A stretch of 64,000 nt of DNA, taken from assembly GCA_035763125.1 (NCBI GenBank), contig DASUBU010000298.1:447-64446 (forward strand). The letters run 5' to 3'. The notes under the pieces are model-generated. The model was not told the DNA's origin. It did no database searches and saw only the letters and a list, made by a program, of their open reading frames with translations. Every line of letters starts with the position of its first letter. The stretch's first letter is position 1. The position numbers and the translations under genes are program-made. This DNA is from Ktedonobacterales bacterium. GTDB taxonomy: Bacteria > Chloroflexota > Ktedonobacteria > Ktedonobacterales > JADMIN01. Positions 38,046 through 47,436 of the stretch are shown here, piece after piece.

Positions 38046-39017
38046 CTAGGCGCGCAGAGCAGTACGTGACGTTGGTGTGGTGTGGGCATGCTCAACAGCC
38101 GGGCCGACAAGCTGCGGCAGCCCCGCATGCGCATCGGCCACGGTCGGCGCCCAGCCGGTCGCTGCCTTGAAGCGACGATTGGAGATGCGTTGGCTGCGAC
38201 TCAGCGACGCTGCGCCCGGCCCTGCGACCAGACGTATCAGCCATGCCGGCAGAGAATGCAGGCGCTTGCGTCCGACGACCGCTGCCATGCCCGCTGAGAT
38301 CTCCGCGCGACGAAGGGGATTGTCATCCACGACGTCGTACATGCCTGAGACGCCCCGGTCGAGCGCGGCGACGATAGCGTCGGCTGCGTCCTCAATCCAG
38401 ATGAGTGGCAGGTATCCCTCAGGCCGCCCCGGTACCGGCGAGATACCCATGCGAGCGATGCGAAGCTGGTCCTGGGCTGAGGGCACCTCCGGACCGTAGA
38501 ACGCGCCCATACGCAGCGAGAGACCGCGACGACCATCGGCTGCTGCGAAGCGTCTCACTTCGGCCTCGGCATCGAGCGTGGTCTGCTGAATCGCGGTTGG
38601 TGCCGCTGGGGTGTTCTCCGCGTCAATCCACGCGTCACCTCCATCGGGATACACAAGGGCGAAGCTTGGGTAGATGAAGGTCCGCGTGGCCGGAGAGGCC
38701 AGCGCCGCTGTGACGAGTGTGCGCGTGCCTTCGCGTCGGATGTGGTCGTTCTCCACCCATGCGGAGAGCCGCCCAGCACGGGACGTCGGCGGGATTTTCG
38801 TCGCCAGATGGAGCACCGCATCGCAGTCTTCGAGAGCCGCTCGCACCGAGGCAACGTCAAATAGATCGGCCTCGACCGGCTCCGCTCCGAGCTGGCGCAA
38901 CAGGGCGGCATTTTCGATTGAGCGGCTGAGACCATGGACGACATGACCAGCGGCGACAAGACGCCGGACGACAGGACGGCCCAGGACGCCTGTGGCGCCG
39001 GTAACGAAGATCGTCAT
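38046..39017 (-). CDS. NAD(P)-dependent epimerase/dehydratase-family oxidoreductase
   Basis: The N-terminus MTIFVTGATGVLGRPVVRRL is a Rossmann motif. The length is 323 aa. Confidence 0.8.
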   Translation of the reverse strand: MTIFVTGATGVLGRPVVRRLVAAGHVVHGLSRSIENAALLRQLGAEPVEADLFDVASVRAALEDCDAVLHLATKIPPTSRAGRLSAWVENDHIRREGTRTLVTAALASPATRTFIYPSFALVYPDGGDAWIDAENTPAAPTAIQQTTLDAEAEVRRFAAADGRRGLSLRMGAFYGPEVPSAQDQLRIARMGISPVPGRPEGYLPLIWIEDAADAIVAALDRGVSGMYDVVDDNPLRRAEISAGMAAVVGRKRLHSLPAWLIRLVAGPGAASLSRSQRISNRRFKAATGWAPTVADAHAGLPQLVGPAVEHAHTTPTSRTALRA

Positions 39018-39125
39018 GTATATCTTCCTTTCTTCTCTTCATGGCCTGTTCACTGCTTGCAGCAGCGCGGCGAGCGGCGGGTGGAAGGCGGCTCGCAGGC
39101 GGCGCTGGTGTGTGCTTCTATTGGG

Positions 39126-39617
39126 TCAGTTGCGGACGTGCTCCTGAAACCACGTGATCGTCTTTTCGACGGCGCGTGAATCCACCCGCTTGCTGAGGCC
39201 AGCCACGATGTCCGCTACCGTCTGCGCTTGGAGCGACTTGCGCCAGGCCGTCTCAGCGCGCAGCATCATCGCATTGATGGTGCAGGGCAGCCGGTAGATA
39301 TCGGGCTCGAGTCCCGCCGGACCCCGCTGGCGAATCTCGGTGCAGCGGAAGGCTGGCTCACGACCTTCGATAGCGTCTACGATCTCCAGCACCGTAATCT
39401 CGGCGGCTGGCCGCGCGAGCCGATATCCACCTTTGGGGCCAGGAACTGAGATGAGGATGCCGGCCGCCGTGAGTGCCTGGAGGTGCTTGACGAGATAGCT
39501 CTCGGAGATGCCGTGGTACTCGGCGAGGGCTTTGCCCGGCAGCACGGCATTGGGAGGAATGACCGCGAGCAACGCGGCACTGTGGAGGCCCCACTCCACA
39601 CCATCGCTAAGCTTCAC
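39126..39617 (-). CDS. Rrf2-family transcriptional regulator
   Basis: It reads MKLSDGVEWGLHSAALLA..ISESYLVKHLQALTAAGILISVPGPKGGYRLAR. Confidence 0.85.
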   Translation of the reverse strand: MKLSDGVEWGLHSAALLAVIPPNAVLPGKALAEYHGISESYLVKHLQALTAAGILISVPGPKGGYRLARPAAEITVLEIVDAIEGREPAFRCTEIRQRGPAGLEPDIYRLPCTINAMMLRAETAWRKSLQAQTVADIVAGLSKRVDSRAVEKTITWFQEHVRN

Positions 39618-39768
39618 ACGGGTCCTCCGGCCTGTTCGTCCACGATTCGCTCGCTGCTGCCGCCATCACCGCCATATCTATGCTAACAGATATCCTGGAT
39701 AGTTGCAAACCTGGATTCTTCGCACGCGGCGACACCACGAAAGCGGAGGGATTACATGCGTCGGCAGA

Positions 39769-40095
39769 TCAGGCGGGAGCCGCATCGAGCGTTGGCGCGG
39801 CACATACCGCGTAGTGCGCCACCGTTGGCTCCAACTCCAGCAAGAAATCGCTATCGAACGGGTAGTACTTGGCTCTCTCGATATCAGGGCCGGCAAATGC
39901 TCGTATCGCGTCCTCCGACTCCCACAGCGTCAGCAACAGGAAGTGGGCGTGCTCCTCTTCCACTCGCCGCATGACGTACACACCGCGATTCCCTGGTACG
40001 GCCTGATAGTCGGGTACGGCGACCGTGAGCATGAGGCGCAGATACTCGTCGGACCGCTCTATCGGCGTAATGCCGTGCCATGTACGCGCAATCAT
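39769..40095 (-). CDS. ABM (antibiotic biosynthesis monooxygenase-like, Dabb-fold) domain protein
   Basis: Trimmed to ATG 40095 (MIARTWHGIT..). The motif HFLLLTLWESEDAIRAFAG is present. The track's 5' extension merely translates the 21-bp tandem repeat. Confidence 0.55.
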   Translation of the reverse strand: MIARTWHGITPIERSDEYLRLMLTVAVPDYQAVPGNRGVYVMRRVEEEHAHFLLLTLWESEDAIRAFAGPDIERAKYYPFDSDFLLELEPTVAHYAVCAAPTLDAAPA

Positions 40096-40176
40096 GCTAT
40101 CCCCTGGCGTTTCGCCTATGCGATGTAGTTGGCTTCCCGGCCACGAACGACTGTGCCAAGCGCCCACTATTTCCCG

Positions 40177-40218
40177 CACGTTGTTCGACACTATCGTCAC
40201 GTTGTTCGACACTATCGT
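40177..40218. repeat. Perfect 2 x 21-bp tandem direct repeat in a divergent intergenic region
   Basis: The unit cacgttgttcgacactatcgt occurs twice back to back (40177-40197 and 40198-40218). Confidence 0.95.
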
Positions 40219-40351
40219 ACGGTACGTGCCCCCCCATGCGCACCTTGCGCCTATTGACGCAGAGTGAATCGTGCTACTATGCGCGCGATGAGGTCGCCGA
40301 ACAACTGTCGTTCACAGACTCAGACTGGCCAGACGACCTGGAGGAGTCCTA

Positions 40352-41260
40352 ATGTCCGAGCGCACACGCGAGCTGGAGTATCGCCACGTTGACGTCTTTA
40401 CCCAGGAGCCGCTCTCCGGCAATGGGCTGATTGTCTTTCCGGACGCCGGCGATCTCACCTCGGCGGCGATGCAGCGCATCACCCAGGAGATGCGCCAGTT
40501 CGAGTCTATCTTCCTGACGCCCACATCAGACGCGAACCGGGTTGGGGCGCGCGTGTTTACCATGGAGGAGGAGCTGCCCTTTGCTGGGCACCCTGTGCTG
40601 GGCGCGGCCTGCGTGCTGCATGAGCGATTGGCCGTGGCAGGCGAGCGGGAGGAGTGGACCATCGCGCTGGCGGAAGGCCCGGTGAAGGTGACGACCACCC
40701 GCCGCGGCAATGGGTATGAGGCGACGATGGACCAGGGCCGCCCCTCGTTCGGCGCGACCCTGGGCGCCGAGTTGGCAGTTCGAATGCTCACGGCTCTCAA
40801 CCTGAAGGAGGAGGATCTTCACCCCGGCCTCCCGCTGCAGATCGTCTCGACGGGCCTGCCCTATTTGCTGGTCATGCTTGCCAGCGGGCTTGAGCGTGCC
40901 GCCATCGTGCAGGCGAGCTTCGATGGTCTGCTCGCTCAGGCGGGGGCCAAATTCGTCTACGTGTTCCACGTCGCAACACGCGAGGGGCGCACCTGGGACA
41001 ACGATGGGCGCGTGGAGGACATCGCTACCGGTAGCGCCGCCGGACCAGTAGGCGCCTATCTGGTCCGCTACGGGCACGAAAGGTCCGGTGCGGAGATCGT
41101 GCTCCACCAGGGGCGTTTCGTTGGGCGACCTAGCCGTATGCTCGTCCGGGTAGATCAGGCGGGCAGCGACGCCACGTCCGTGCGCGTCACGGGGGAGGTG
41201 CGCATGGTCGCACGCGGCGCCTTCGACGCGGACGTGAGCACGGGCTTGGCCGACGTCTGA
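40352..41260 (+). CDS. PhzF-family isomerase-like protein
   Basis: Motifs are YRHVDVFTQEPLSGNGLIVF and ELPFAGHPVLGAA. The length is 302 aa. Confidence 0.8.
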   Translation: MSERTRELEYRHVDVFTQEPLSGNGLIVFPDAGDLTSAAMQRITQEMRQFESIFLTPTSDANRVGARVFTMEEELPFAGHPVLGAACVLHERLAVAGEREEWTIALAEGPVKVTTTRRGNGYEATMDQGRPSFGATLGAELAVRMLTALNLKEEDLHPGLPLQIVSTGLPYLLVMLASGLERAAIVQASFDGLLAQAGAKFVYVFHVATREGRTWDNDGRVEDIATGSAAGPVGAYLVRYGHERSGAEIVLHQGRFVGRPSRMLVRVDQAGSDATSVRVTGEVRMVARGAFDADVSTGLADV

Positions 41261-41620
41261 CCCGAGCTAAGGCGTCCGGATAGCTCTTCCGCCGGGCAAT
41301 GCATCACGCCTTCCCTTCCGCCGGGCGGCGCCTCGCCCGTATGACCCGGGCACCCCAGCTCGCCTCCTGAGTGGCGGATTCCCGATGCTCGGAGGAGAGT
41401 GCCTTTCTGGCGCATCCCATCGGTATCGCCCGTCCGTGGCGGCACTGTGATGTGATGGGGCGCTACCGAGTCGCCACCGTGATGGATGCGTGATAACTGT
41501 GTCTTCGGGAAAGCGCCACAGGCGTTGCTTTCATCCAACGTAGGCCGAGGACTTGCAGTGGAGATGCTATCTCCATACCTCAGTTTGCCTCTTCGCTGAG
41601 CCGCTTCAAGGAGGCGCGCC

Positions 41621-43567
41621 ATGCACGCACAGGCAGCGAATGCTCCCCGCGAGGGCGACCTGTCTCGTTCAGGGCCTCGGTCCTATTCCGAGGGCGCCCA
41701 ACCAGTGGCGACAGAGACGAATCTGGCCCAGCTCTTCCGCGCCCGCTCAGAGCGCTTCGCAGACATGGCACGCTGGCGGCAGCGCGAAGGACCGGCGTGG
41801 CGGAGCGCGACCTATCGCGAGAATCAGCGGCTGGTGAATCGCCTCATGAGTGGTCTCGACGCGCTCGGCGCGCGCCCCGGAGATGCGATCGGCATCTTCA
41901 GTGGGACGCGCTGGGAGTGGCCCGTCGCCGACTGGGCGGCCGTGGGCCTGGGCGGCTTTACCGTCACGCTGTATCAAACGCTCACAGCCGACACCGTCGA
42001 GTACATCCTGCACGATTCGGAGGCGCGCTACCTCTTCATAGACACTGCGCAGCAGTATGAGAAGGTCCGCGGCGTACAGGCGCAGCTCCCGCATCTTGAG
42101 AAGATCGTCATCTTCGATGAGGATGCGCACGTGCTCGCCGATCCCATGGTCATCTCGTTCTCGGACTTGCTGCGCCTGAGTGAGCGTAGCGACGAGGAGG
42201 CGGATGCCTTCGCGGCCGAGCGCGCGCGGCAAGTTCAGCCTGACGACACGGCGGGGCTCATCTACACCTCCGGAACGACGGGCCGGCCAAAGGGCGTGGT
42301 GCACACCCATCGTATGCTGCTCACGATGCTGGCGTGCGTGCGCACCATGCTCACGACGGTCCATCCCGGCAGCATTGATGTCCTGTGGCTGCCGCTCGCT
42401 CACGGGATGGGCCGACTGGAGCACATGTTTACCCTGGAGTTTGGCGGGGAGACGGTGGTCGTGCCGTCGGTGCTGCGTCTCATGCGCGACCTGAGCGAGG
42501 TTCGCCCCCATTTGATGCTCGCCGTTCCGCGACTGTACGAGAGGGCGCACGCGGGCATGTTCGAGCGTGCCGCAAGCTTACCGGCTCCGCAGCGCAGGCT
42601 TTTCCTGTGGGCAGTCGCGGCCGGGCAGCGAGCGGTGCCGCTGCGGCAGGCGCGGCGTCGCATTCCGCTCGGTCTGCGGCTGCAATTGGCCGTCGCCGAC
42701 CGGCTAGTCTTCCGCCGGCTGCGAGCGGCATTCGGCGGTCGGCTCGAGCTGGCTGTCACTGGTGGCGCGCCGATTGACGCCTCCATCGTGACGTTCTTCC
42801 ATGCGATCGGCATTCCGTTGCTTGACGGGTGGGGGCTGACCGAAACCACGACGGCGCTGACTATCAACAAGGTGGACTGGTTCCGCGTAGGGACCGTGGG
42901 CACGGTCTTTCCGGGCCATGAGCTGCGCATCGCACCAGACGGCGAAGTCCTGGCGCGCGGGCCATGCATCTTCACGCATTATCACGATCTCCCCGAGGCG
43001 ACGGCCGAAGCACTGGACGCCGAAGGCTGGCTGCATACCGGCGACATCGGCACGCTCGATGGCGATGGCTTCCTGACAATCATAGATCGAAAGAAAGACT
43101 TGATCGTTTCCGCAGGCGGCGACAAGATTGCGCCGCAGCATCTGGAGACGCTGCTGGATACGATCCCGTTGGTGGCCCATGCCTGCGTCTATGGCGACCG
43201 CAAGCCGTCTATGGTGGCCCTGCTCACACTGGAGTGGGCGGCCGTGCGCGCGTGGGCGGCGGGGCGCGGGTTCGATACCTCGGATCTGCGCAAGGTGGCT
43301 GCGTCGCCAGAGCTGCGCGCATATCTGGATACCCAGGTGGCGCAGGTGAACGCCAAACTGCAGATCTTCGAGCGGATAAAGTCCTACGGCATCCTGACGG
43401 ATGACTTCACCCTGGAGAATGGCCTGCTCACGCCGACGCAGAAGATCCGCCGCAAACAGATCAACGAGCGCTTTCGCGCGCAGTTTGAGCAGCTCTACGA
43501 GGCCGTCCCGCCGGGCCAGCGTCCCGAACCGAGGAGCGAGCAATTGACGGGCCACGGCCCAACGTAG
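41621..43567 (+). CDS. Long-chain fatty-acid--CoA ligase (AMP-dependent synthetase)
   Basis: The AMP-binding motif is LIYTSGTTGRPKGVVHTH; WLHTGDIG and TPTQKIRRK are also present. AAGGAGG lies 7 nt before the ATG. Confidence 0.85.
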   Translation: MHAQAANAPREGDLSRSGPRSYSEGAQPVATETNLAQLFRARSERFADMARWRQREGPAWRSATYRENQRLVNRLMSGLDALGARPGDAIGIFSGTRWEWPVADWAAVGLGGFTVTLYQTLTADTVEYILHDSEARYLFIDTAQQYEKVRGVQAQLPHLEKIVIFDEDAHVLADPMVISFSDLLRLSERSDEEADAFAAERARQVQPDDTAGLIYTSGTTGRPKGVVHTHRMLLTMLACVRTMLTTVHPGSIDVLWLPLAHGMGRLEHMFTLEFGGETVVVPSVLRLMRDLSEVRPHLMLAVPRLYERAHAGMFERAASLPAPQRRLFLWAVAAGQRAVPLRQARRRIPLGLRLQLAVADRLVFRRLRAAFGGRLELAVTGGAPIDASIVTFFHAIGIPLLDGWGLTETTTALTINKVDWFRVGTVGTVFPGHELRIAPDGEVLARGPCIFTHYHDLPEATAEALDAEGWLHTGDIGTLDGDGFLTIIDRKKDLIVSAGGDKIAPQHLETLLDTIPLVAHACVYGDRKPSMVALLTLEWAAVRAWAAGRGFDTSDLRKVAASPELRAYLDTQVAQVNAKLQIFERIKSYGILTDDFTLENGLLTPTQKIRRKQINERFRAQFEQLYEAVPPGQRPEPRSEQLTGHGPT

Positions 43568-43638
43568 CGCAGATGGCGGCACCGCCGTCCTTCACGCTGC
43601 CGAGGGCCATGGCCGTGATAGGCGACGTCCGCAGGTTC

Positions 43639-44511
43639 CTACGGTCGCGTGAGAGCGTAGAGCGCCCGCCACTCCGTGAGAGGCAACGCCGTCAGGTCAG
43701 ATGTGAGCGCCTGGATGCACACGTGGTCGGCTCCCGCGCGGTAGTGCTCCTCCATGCGTTCGCGAATATCGTCCAGGCCGCCCCAGGCGACCAGTTCGTC
43801 AACCAGGCGATCGCTGCCGCCGTCCGTGAAGTCGTCGGGTGTGAAGCCCAGCCGAAGCCAGTTGTTGCGATAGTTCGGCGCCTGCAGATAGCCCGCCAGA
43901 TGCTGCCGGGCAATACTGCGCGCGCGTACCGGATCTGTCTCTAGCACTACCCCTTGCTCGGGCGCGAGCAGACGTCCCGGCCCCAACACCTGGCGGGCGC
44001 GCCGCGTGTGCTCCACCGGCACGAGGTAGGGATGGGCGCCCACGCTGCGATCGCGCGCCAGCTCGAGCATGCGCGGGCCGAGGGCCGCCAGCACGCGCTG
44101 CTCGGCTGGCACCGGCTCGGGCGCTGCGTCCAGCGCGTCGAGGTAAGCCTGCATCTTCTCGAATGGCTTGCTATACCGGCCCGGCGCGTCACGCTCAACG
44201 AGATGGGCGTGGCTCACACCCAGACCCAGGAGGAAGCGGCCAGGGTGAGCCTGCTCCAGAGAGTGGTGCGCCGCGGCGGCCTGGAGCGGCGGGTGTGTCC
44301 AGATGCTGGCGATGCCGGTGGCGACCACGACGCGATGTGTGGCGCCCAGCAGATCCCGCGCGAGGTCGAAGACACCTGGCGCATTGCGATACCAAAGCGC
44401 GCTAAAGCCCAGCTCTTCGAGCTCGGCTGCCGCCTTCAGCACGGCCCCGCGCTCACCCCAGAACGGCTGCCCACACCAGATGCCAAGCCGGCCAATCTCC
44501 ACGTCAGACAC
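43639..44511 (-). CDS. Luciferase-like (LLM class) oxidoreductase, probably F420-dependent
   Basis: It reads IGRLGIWCG..ELEELGFSALWY..LGLGVSH. The start is GTG 44511 or GTG 44502, the latter 8 nt after AAGGAG. Confidence 0.75.
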   Translation of the reverse strand: MSDVEIGRLGIWCGQPFWGERGAVLKAAAELEELGFSALWYRNAPGVFDLARDLLGATHRVVVATGIASIWTHPPLQAAAAHHSLEQAHPGRFLLGLGVSHAHLVERDAPGRYSKPFEKMQAYLDALDAAPEPVPAEQRVLAALGPRMLELARDRSVGAHPYLVPVEHTRRARQVLGPGRLLAPEQGVVLETDPVRARSIARQHLAGYLQAPNYRNNWLRLGFTPDDFTDGGSDRLVDELVAWGGLDDIRERMEEHYRAGADHVCIQALTSDLTALPLTEWRALYALTRP

Positions 44512-44596
44512 TCCTTTCCACTGCCCTTATCGGACGCCGACGCTGGACATGCCTCGGTCAGTGGCCGCCCCGACCGTCCACCGTAGCCGTTGTGAC

Positions 44597-44635
44597 GCCG
44601 CTGTCCACTGCCGCTGTCCACTGCCGCTGTCCACT
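44597..44635. repeat. Perfect 3 x 13-bp tandem repeat
   Basis: The unit gccgctgtccact occurs three times (44597-44609, 44610-44622, 44623-44635). The repeat lies between the divergent LLM and ArsR genes. Confidence 0.95.
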
Positions 44636-44735
44636 CAGGCGTCCGTCACCTCTGTCCGCCTGTCCTATACGTATCGTACGGCGCGCTTGCACGGGCACGG
44701 CACGCCGGTCAGCAGGCCAGCCGCCGCATCATTGC

Positions 44736-44778
44736 TTGACGTATGCGCTGCACTATATTACTATGTGGGAATATAGTG
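44736..44778 (+). promoter_or_regulatory. Candidate sigma-70 promoter overlapped by an 8-bp inverted repeat (putative ArsR operator)
   Basis: The promoter is TTGACG (44736-41), a 17-nt spacer, then TACTAT (44759-64). The inverted repeat is CACTATAT (44751-58), a 12-nt spacer, then ATATAGTG (44771-78). It lies about 40 nt upstream of GTG 44814. Confidence 0.45.
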
Positions 44779-44813
44779 TGTGAAACCGCGATGGCCACAT
44801 CAAGGAGAAGACT

Positions 44814-45272
44814 GTGTTGGAAAGTATGCTGGCCACTTCCTGGCGGCAGCGCCGCGATGAGCATGGCTATCCCGACCCGCTGCTTGACCTGATCGCCGCG
44901 CGCTTCCGCTTGCTGGGGGAGCCGCTGCGCCTCAAGCTGCTGGCCGCGCTCTCGATGGGTGAGCGGAACGTCGGCGAGCTGGTTACGCTCACAGGTGCCA
45001 ACCAGCCCAATGTCTCCAAGCATCTCGCCGCGCTCGCGCAAGGAGGACTGGTGAGCCGGCGCAAAGCGGGAACCACGATCTACTACTCACTGACCGATCC
45101 TTCGGTGCTCGCGCTCTGCGACAGCGTCTGCGCCGGCATCCGGAACCGCTACGCCGTCGAAGCGCGCGCGCTGGGGCTGTCTGACGCGCCCATGGAAAGC
45201 TCGCCAGATGGTGCTGGCGAAGGTCCCGCAGCATTCAGTGCGGACGACCATCCCGCGCGCAGCGCGAAGTAG
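44814..45272 (+). CDS. ArsR/SmtB-family transcriptional regulator
   Basis: The HTH region is RLKLLAALSMGERNVGELVTLTGANQPNVSKHLAALAQGGLVSRRKAGTTIYYSL. A Cys pair follows in LALCDSVCAG. AAGGAG lies 6 nt before the GTG. Confidence 0.85.
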   Translation: MLESMLATSWRQRRDEHGYPDPLLDLIAARFRLLGEPLRLKLLAALSMGERNVGELVTLTGANQPNVSKHLAALAQGGLVSRRKAGTTIYYSLTDPSVLALCDSVCAGIRNRYAVEARALGLSDAPMESSPDGAGEGPAAFSADDHPARSAK

Positions 45273-45450
45273 TGCGCCTGCCTCGGCGGGATTGGGGAGT
45301 CTAACGTCATCGTCTGCTGTCACACGCGCTTGCTGGAGATGAAAGGAGGGGCTGAGGGTAACCCGTATGCACAGGAGGGCACGAGTGGCGGCGGGCCGCG
45401 GGCGCCCATCGGTGGCTGCCATGGCCCTTCTCTCCACCGTACTTGCATAA

Positions 45451-45466
45451 CTACATGCATATGTAG
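45451..45466. promoter_or_regulatory. 6-4-6 inverted repeat in an AT-rich island upstream of the rhodanese gene
   Basis: The repeat is CTACAT-gcat-ATGTAG, embedded in tgcataactacatgcatatgtagtaatattat. It lies about 100 nt upstream of GTG 45563. Confidence 0.35.
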
Positions 45467-45562
45467 TAATATTATCCCGCGGTGCTGGCATTCCGACAGC
45501 CAGCGCTCGTGACCGATGGATGTGACCGACAGGCAACAACGCTACGGAACGTGGAGGTAACA

Positions 45563-45919
45563 GTGCTCGAACGGCTCTTCGGCGGAGCAGCGAAAGTCCC
45601 CTCGATCAACCCGCGTGAGGCATGGGAGCGCCTCGGCAGCGGACAGTCCGCTCCCCTCTTGATTGATGTTCGGGAATCCTGGGAATTCAGCAGCGGTCGC
45701 GCCAAGGGCGCCAAGAATATCCCGCTGAGCCAGCTTGGCAAGCGCCTGGGCGAGATCCCGCGCAACCGCGAAGTGCTGCTCATCTGCCAGAGTGGCCACC
45801 GCAGCATGAATGCCGCTCGCTATCTGCATCAGCAGGGCATCACGCAGGTCGTCAATGTGACCGGCGGAACGTCGGCATGGCGCATGCACGGTCTGCCGCT
45901 GGACGGCGGCAAACGCTAA
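45563..45919 (+). CDS. Single-domain rhodanese sulfurtransferase
   Basis: The active-site loop is LICQSGHRSMNAA. GTG 45563 follows GGAGGT. The length is 118 aa. Confidence 0.85.
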   Translation: MLERLFGGAAKVPSINPREAWERLGSGQSAPLLIDVRESWEFSSGRAKGAKNIPLSQLGKRLGEIPRNREVLLICQSGHRSMNAARYLHQQGITQVVNVTGGTSAWRMHGLPLDGGKR

Positions 45920-45996
45920 GGTCAGGGCTGATGCCGATGTCCGACCTCGATGGGAGAGCCGCCGGCATCAGCATGATATACACGAAGGAGCGCTCG

Positions 45997-47436
45997 ATGC
46001 GCGTCGAACAGTTCTTCCTCGACGGGTTGGGGCACCAGTCGTACTTCATCTCCGATGAGGGCACCGGGATCGCCGCGGTCGTTGACCCGCGGCGCGATAT
46101 CGAGATCTATCTTCAGGTCGCCGAATCAGCCGGCGTGCGGATCGCCTACGTCTTCGAGACGCACGTCCATAACGACTACATCACAGGCGCGCGCGAGATC
46201 AGGGAGCGGACTGGCGCTACCATCGTCAACGCAGCGAGCGCCGAGCTGGCGTATGAGTATCAAGCCGTGCGCGATGGCGACCGCATCGAGGTTGGCACGC
46301 TGACCTTCGCGGTGATCGCCACACCCGGCCACACGCCGGACCATGTCAGTTACGCCGTCTACGAGGCTGGGAGCGCGACGCCGTCCGCCGTCTTCACCGG
46401 TGGGAGCATGCTGGTGGGCAGCGCCGGGCGGACCGATCTGGTCAGCCCAGGGATGACGCTGACGCTCACGCGAGAGCAGTATCGCTCGCTGCGCCGCCTG
46501 CTGGATACGCTGCCCGACGATGTGCTCGTGTACCCGACGCATGGCGCGGGCTCCTTCTGTGGCGCGACGATGGGCGAGACGTCCGCGCGCCGCAGTACCA
46601 TCGGCCAGGAGCGCCACGTCAGCCCGGCGGCAAACGTCCACGACGAAGCGGAGTTCGTGCGGCAGCAGCTCGCCGGCTATGGCGTATATCCCGCCTACTA
46701 CAACTACATGGGCGAGATCAACCAGCGCGGCCCACGTATTCTGGGCGATTTGCCGCTGTTGGCGCCCCTCACGCCGCAGGTGGTGCGGCACGACCTGGAC
46801 CACGGCCTGCCCCTGATTGATGGGCGCGCCCGCGGCGCCTTCGCCAAGGAGCACGTCCCTGGCGCGCTCAATATCGAGCTGGACGCCTCATTTGGCACCT
46901 ATGTCGGCTGGCTCTTGCCGTTCAACAAGCCCCTCATGCTGCTGGTGGAGGACGAGGACGGCCGCAAGGAAGCCGTCGCTCAGCTCATTCGCATCGGCTA
47001 CGAGGAGCTACGCGGCTATCTGGATGGTGGCGTTGCCGCCTGGAAAGCAGCCGGCTACTCGACGGGCGCGTTCGAGGCGATTGACGTTGACGAGCTGTAT
47101 CGCCGCTGGCAGCAGCACGAGCGACTTGCCGTGCTGGATGTGCGCGATGCGGCCGAGTGGGGCAGCGGCCATATCCCGGGCTCGCAGCACATTCACGTCG
47201 GCGATCTGATGCGGCACCTGCACGAGATTCCGCGGGATACGCCTGTAGCCACGATCTGCCGCAGCGGCCATCGCGCTTCCATGGCGGCCAGCATCGTCGC
47301 CGCACTCGGGCGCGAGACAATCGCCGTCCAGCGTGGCGGAGTCCCCGACTGGGTGGCAAAGAAGCTCCCGACTGAGTACGAAGCGCCGGCAGTGCCGCAG
47401 TCAGCCGACAGCGCGCTGGATCACGTTCACCCCTAG
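45997..47436 (+). CDS. MBL-fold persulfide dioxygenase-like domain, then a pseudo-rhodanese, then a catalytic rhodanese (CstB-like)
   Basis: ATG 45997 follows GAAGGAG. The MBL motif is ETHVHNDYITG, with TPGHTPDH downstream. The first rhodanese-like domain has no Cys (LLVEDEDG). The second has ICRSGHRAS. Confidence 0.8.
   Translation: MRVEQFFLDGLGHQSYFISDEGTGIAAVVDPRRDIEIYLQVAESAGVRIAYVFETHVHNDYITGAREIRERTGATIVNAASAELAYEYQAVRDGDRIEVGTLTFAVIATPGHTPDHVSYAVYEAGSATPSAVFTGGSMLVGSAGRTDLVSPGMTLTLTREQYRSLRRLLDTLPDDVLVYPTHGAGSFCGATMGETSARRSTIGQERHVSPAANVHDEAEFVRQQLAGYGVYPAYYNYMGEINQRGPRILGDLPLLAPLTPQVVRHDLDHGLPLIDGRARGAFAKEHVPGALNIELDASFGTYVGWLLPFNKPLMLLVEDEDGRKEAVAQLIRIGYEELRGYLDGGVAAWKAAGYSTGAFEAIDVDELYRRWQQHERLAVLDVRDAAEWGSGHIPGSQHIHVGDLMRHLHEIPRDTPVATICRSGHRASMAASIVAALGRETIAVQRGGVPDWVAKKLPTEYEAPAVPQSADSALDHVHP

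Noticed and set aside
40177-44635. The tandem repeats (2 x 21 bp and 3 x 13 bp) as CRISPR-like arrays
   Set aside because: The copies are directly adjacent with no spacers, there are only 2-3 of them, and no cas genes are present. They are better explained as regulatory or simple tandem repeats.
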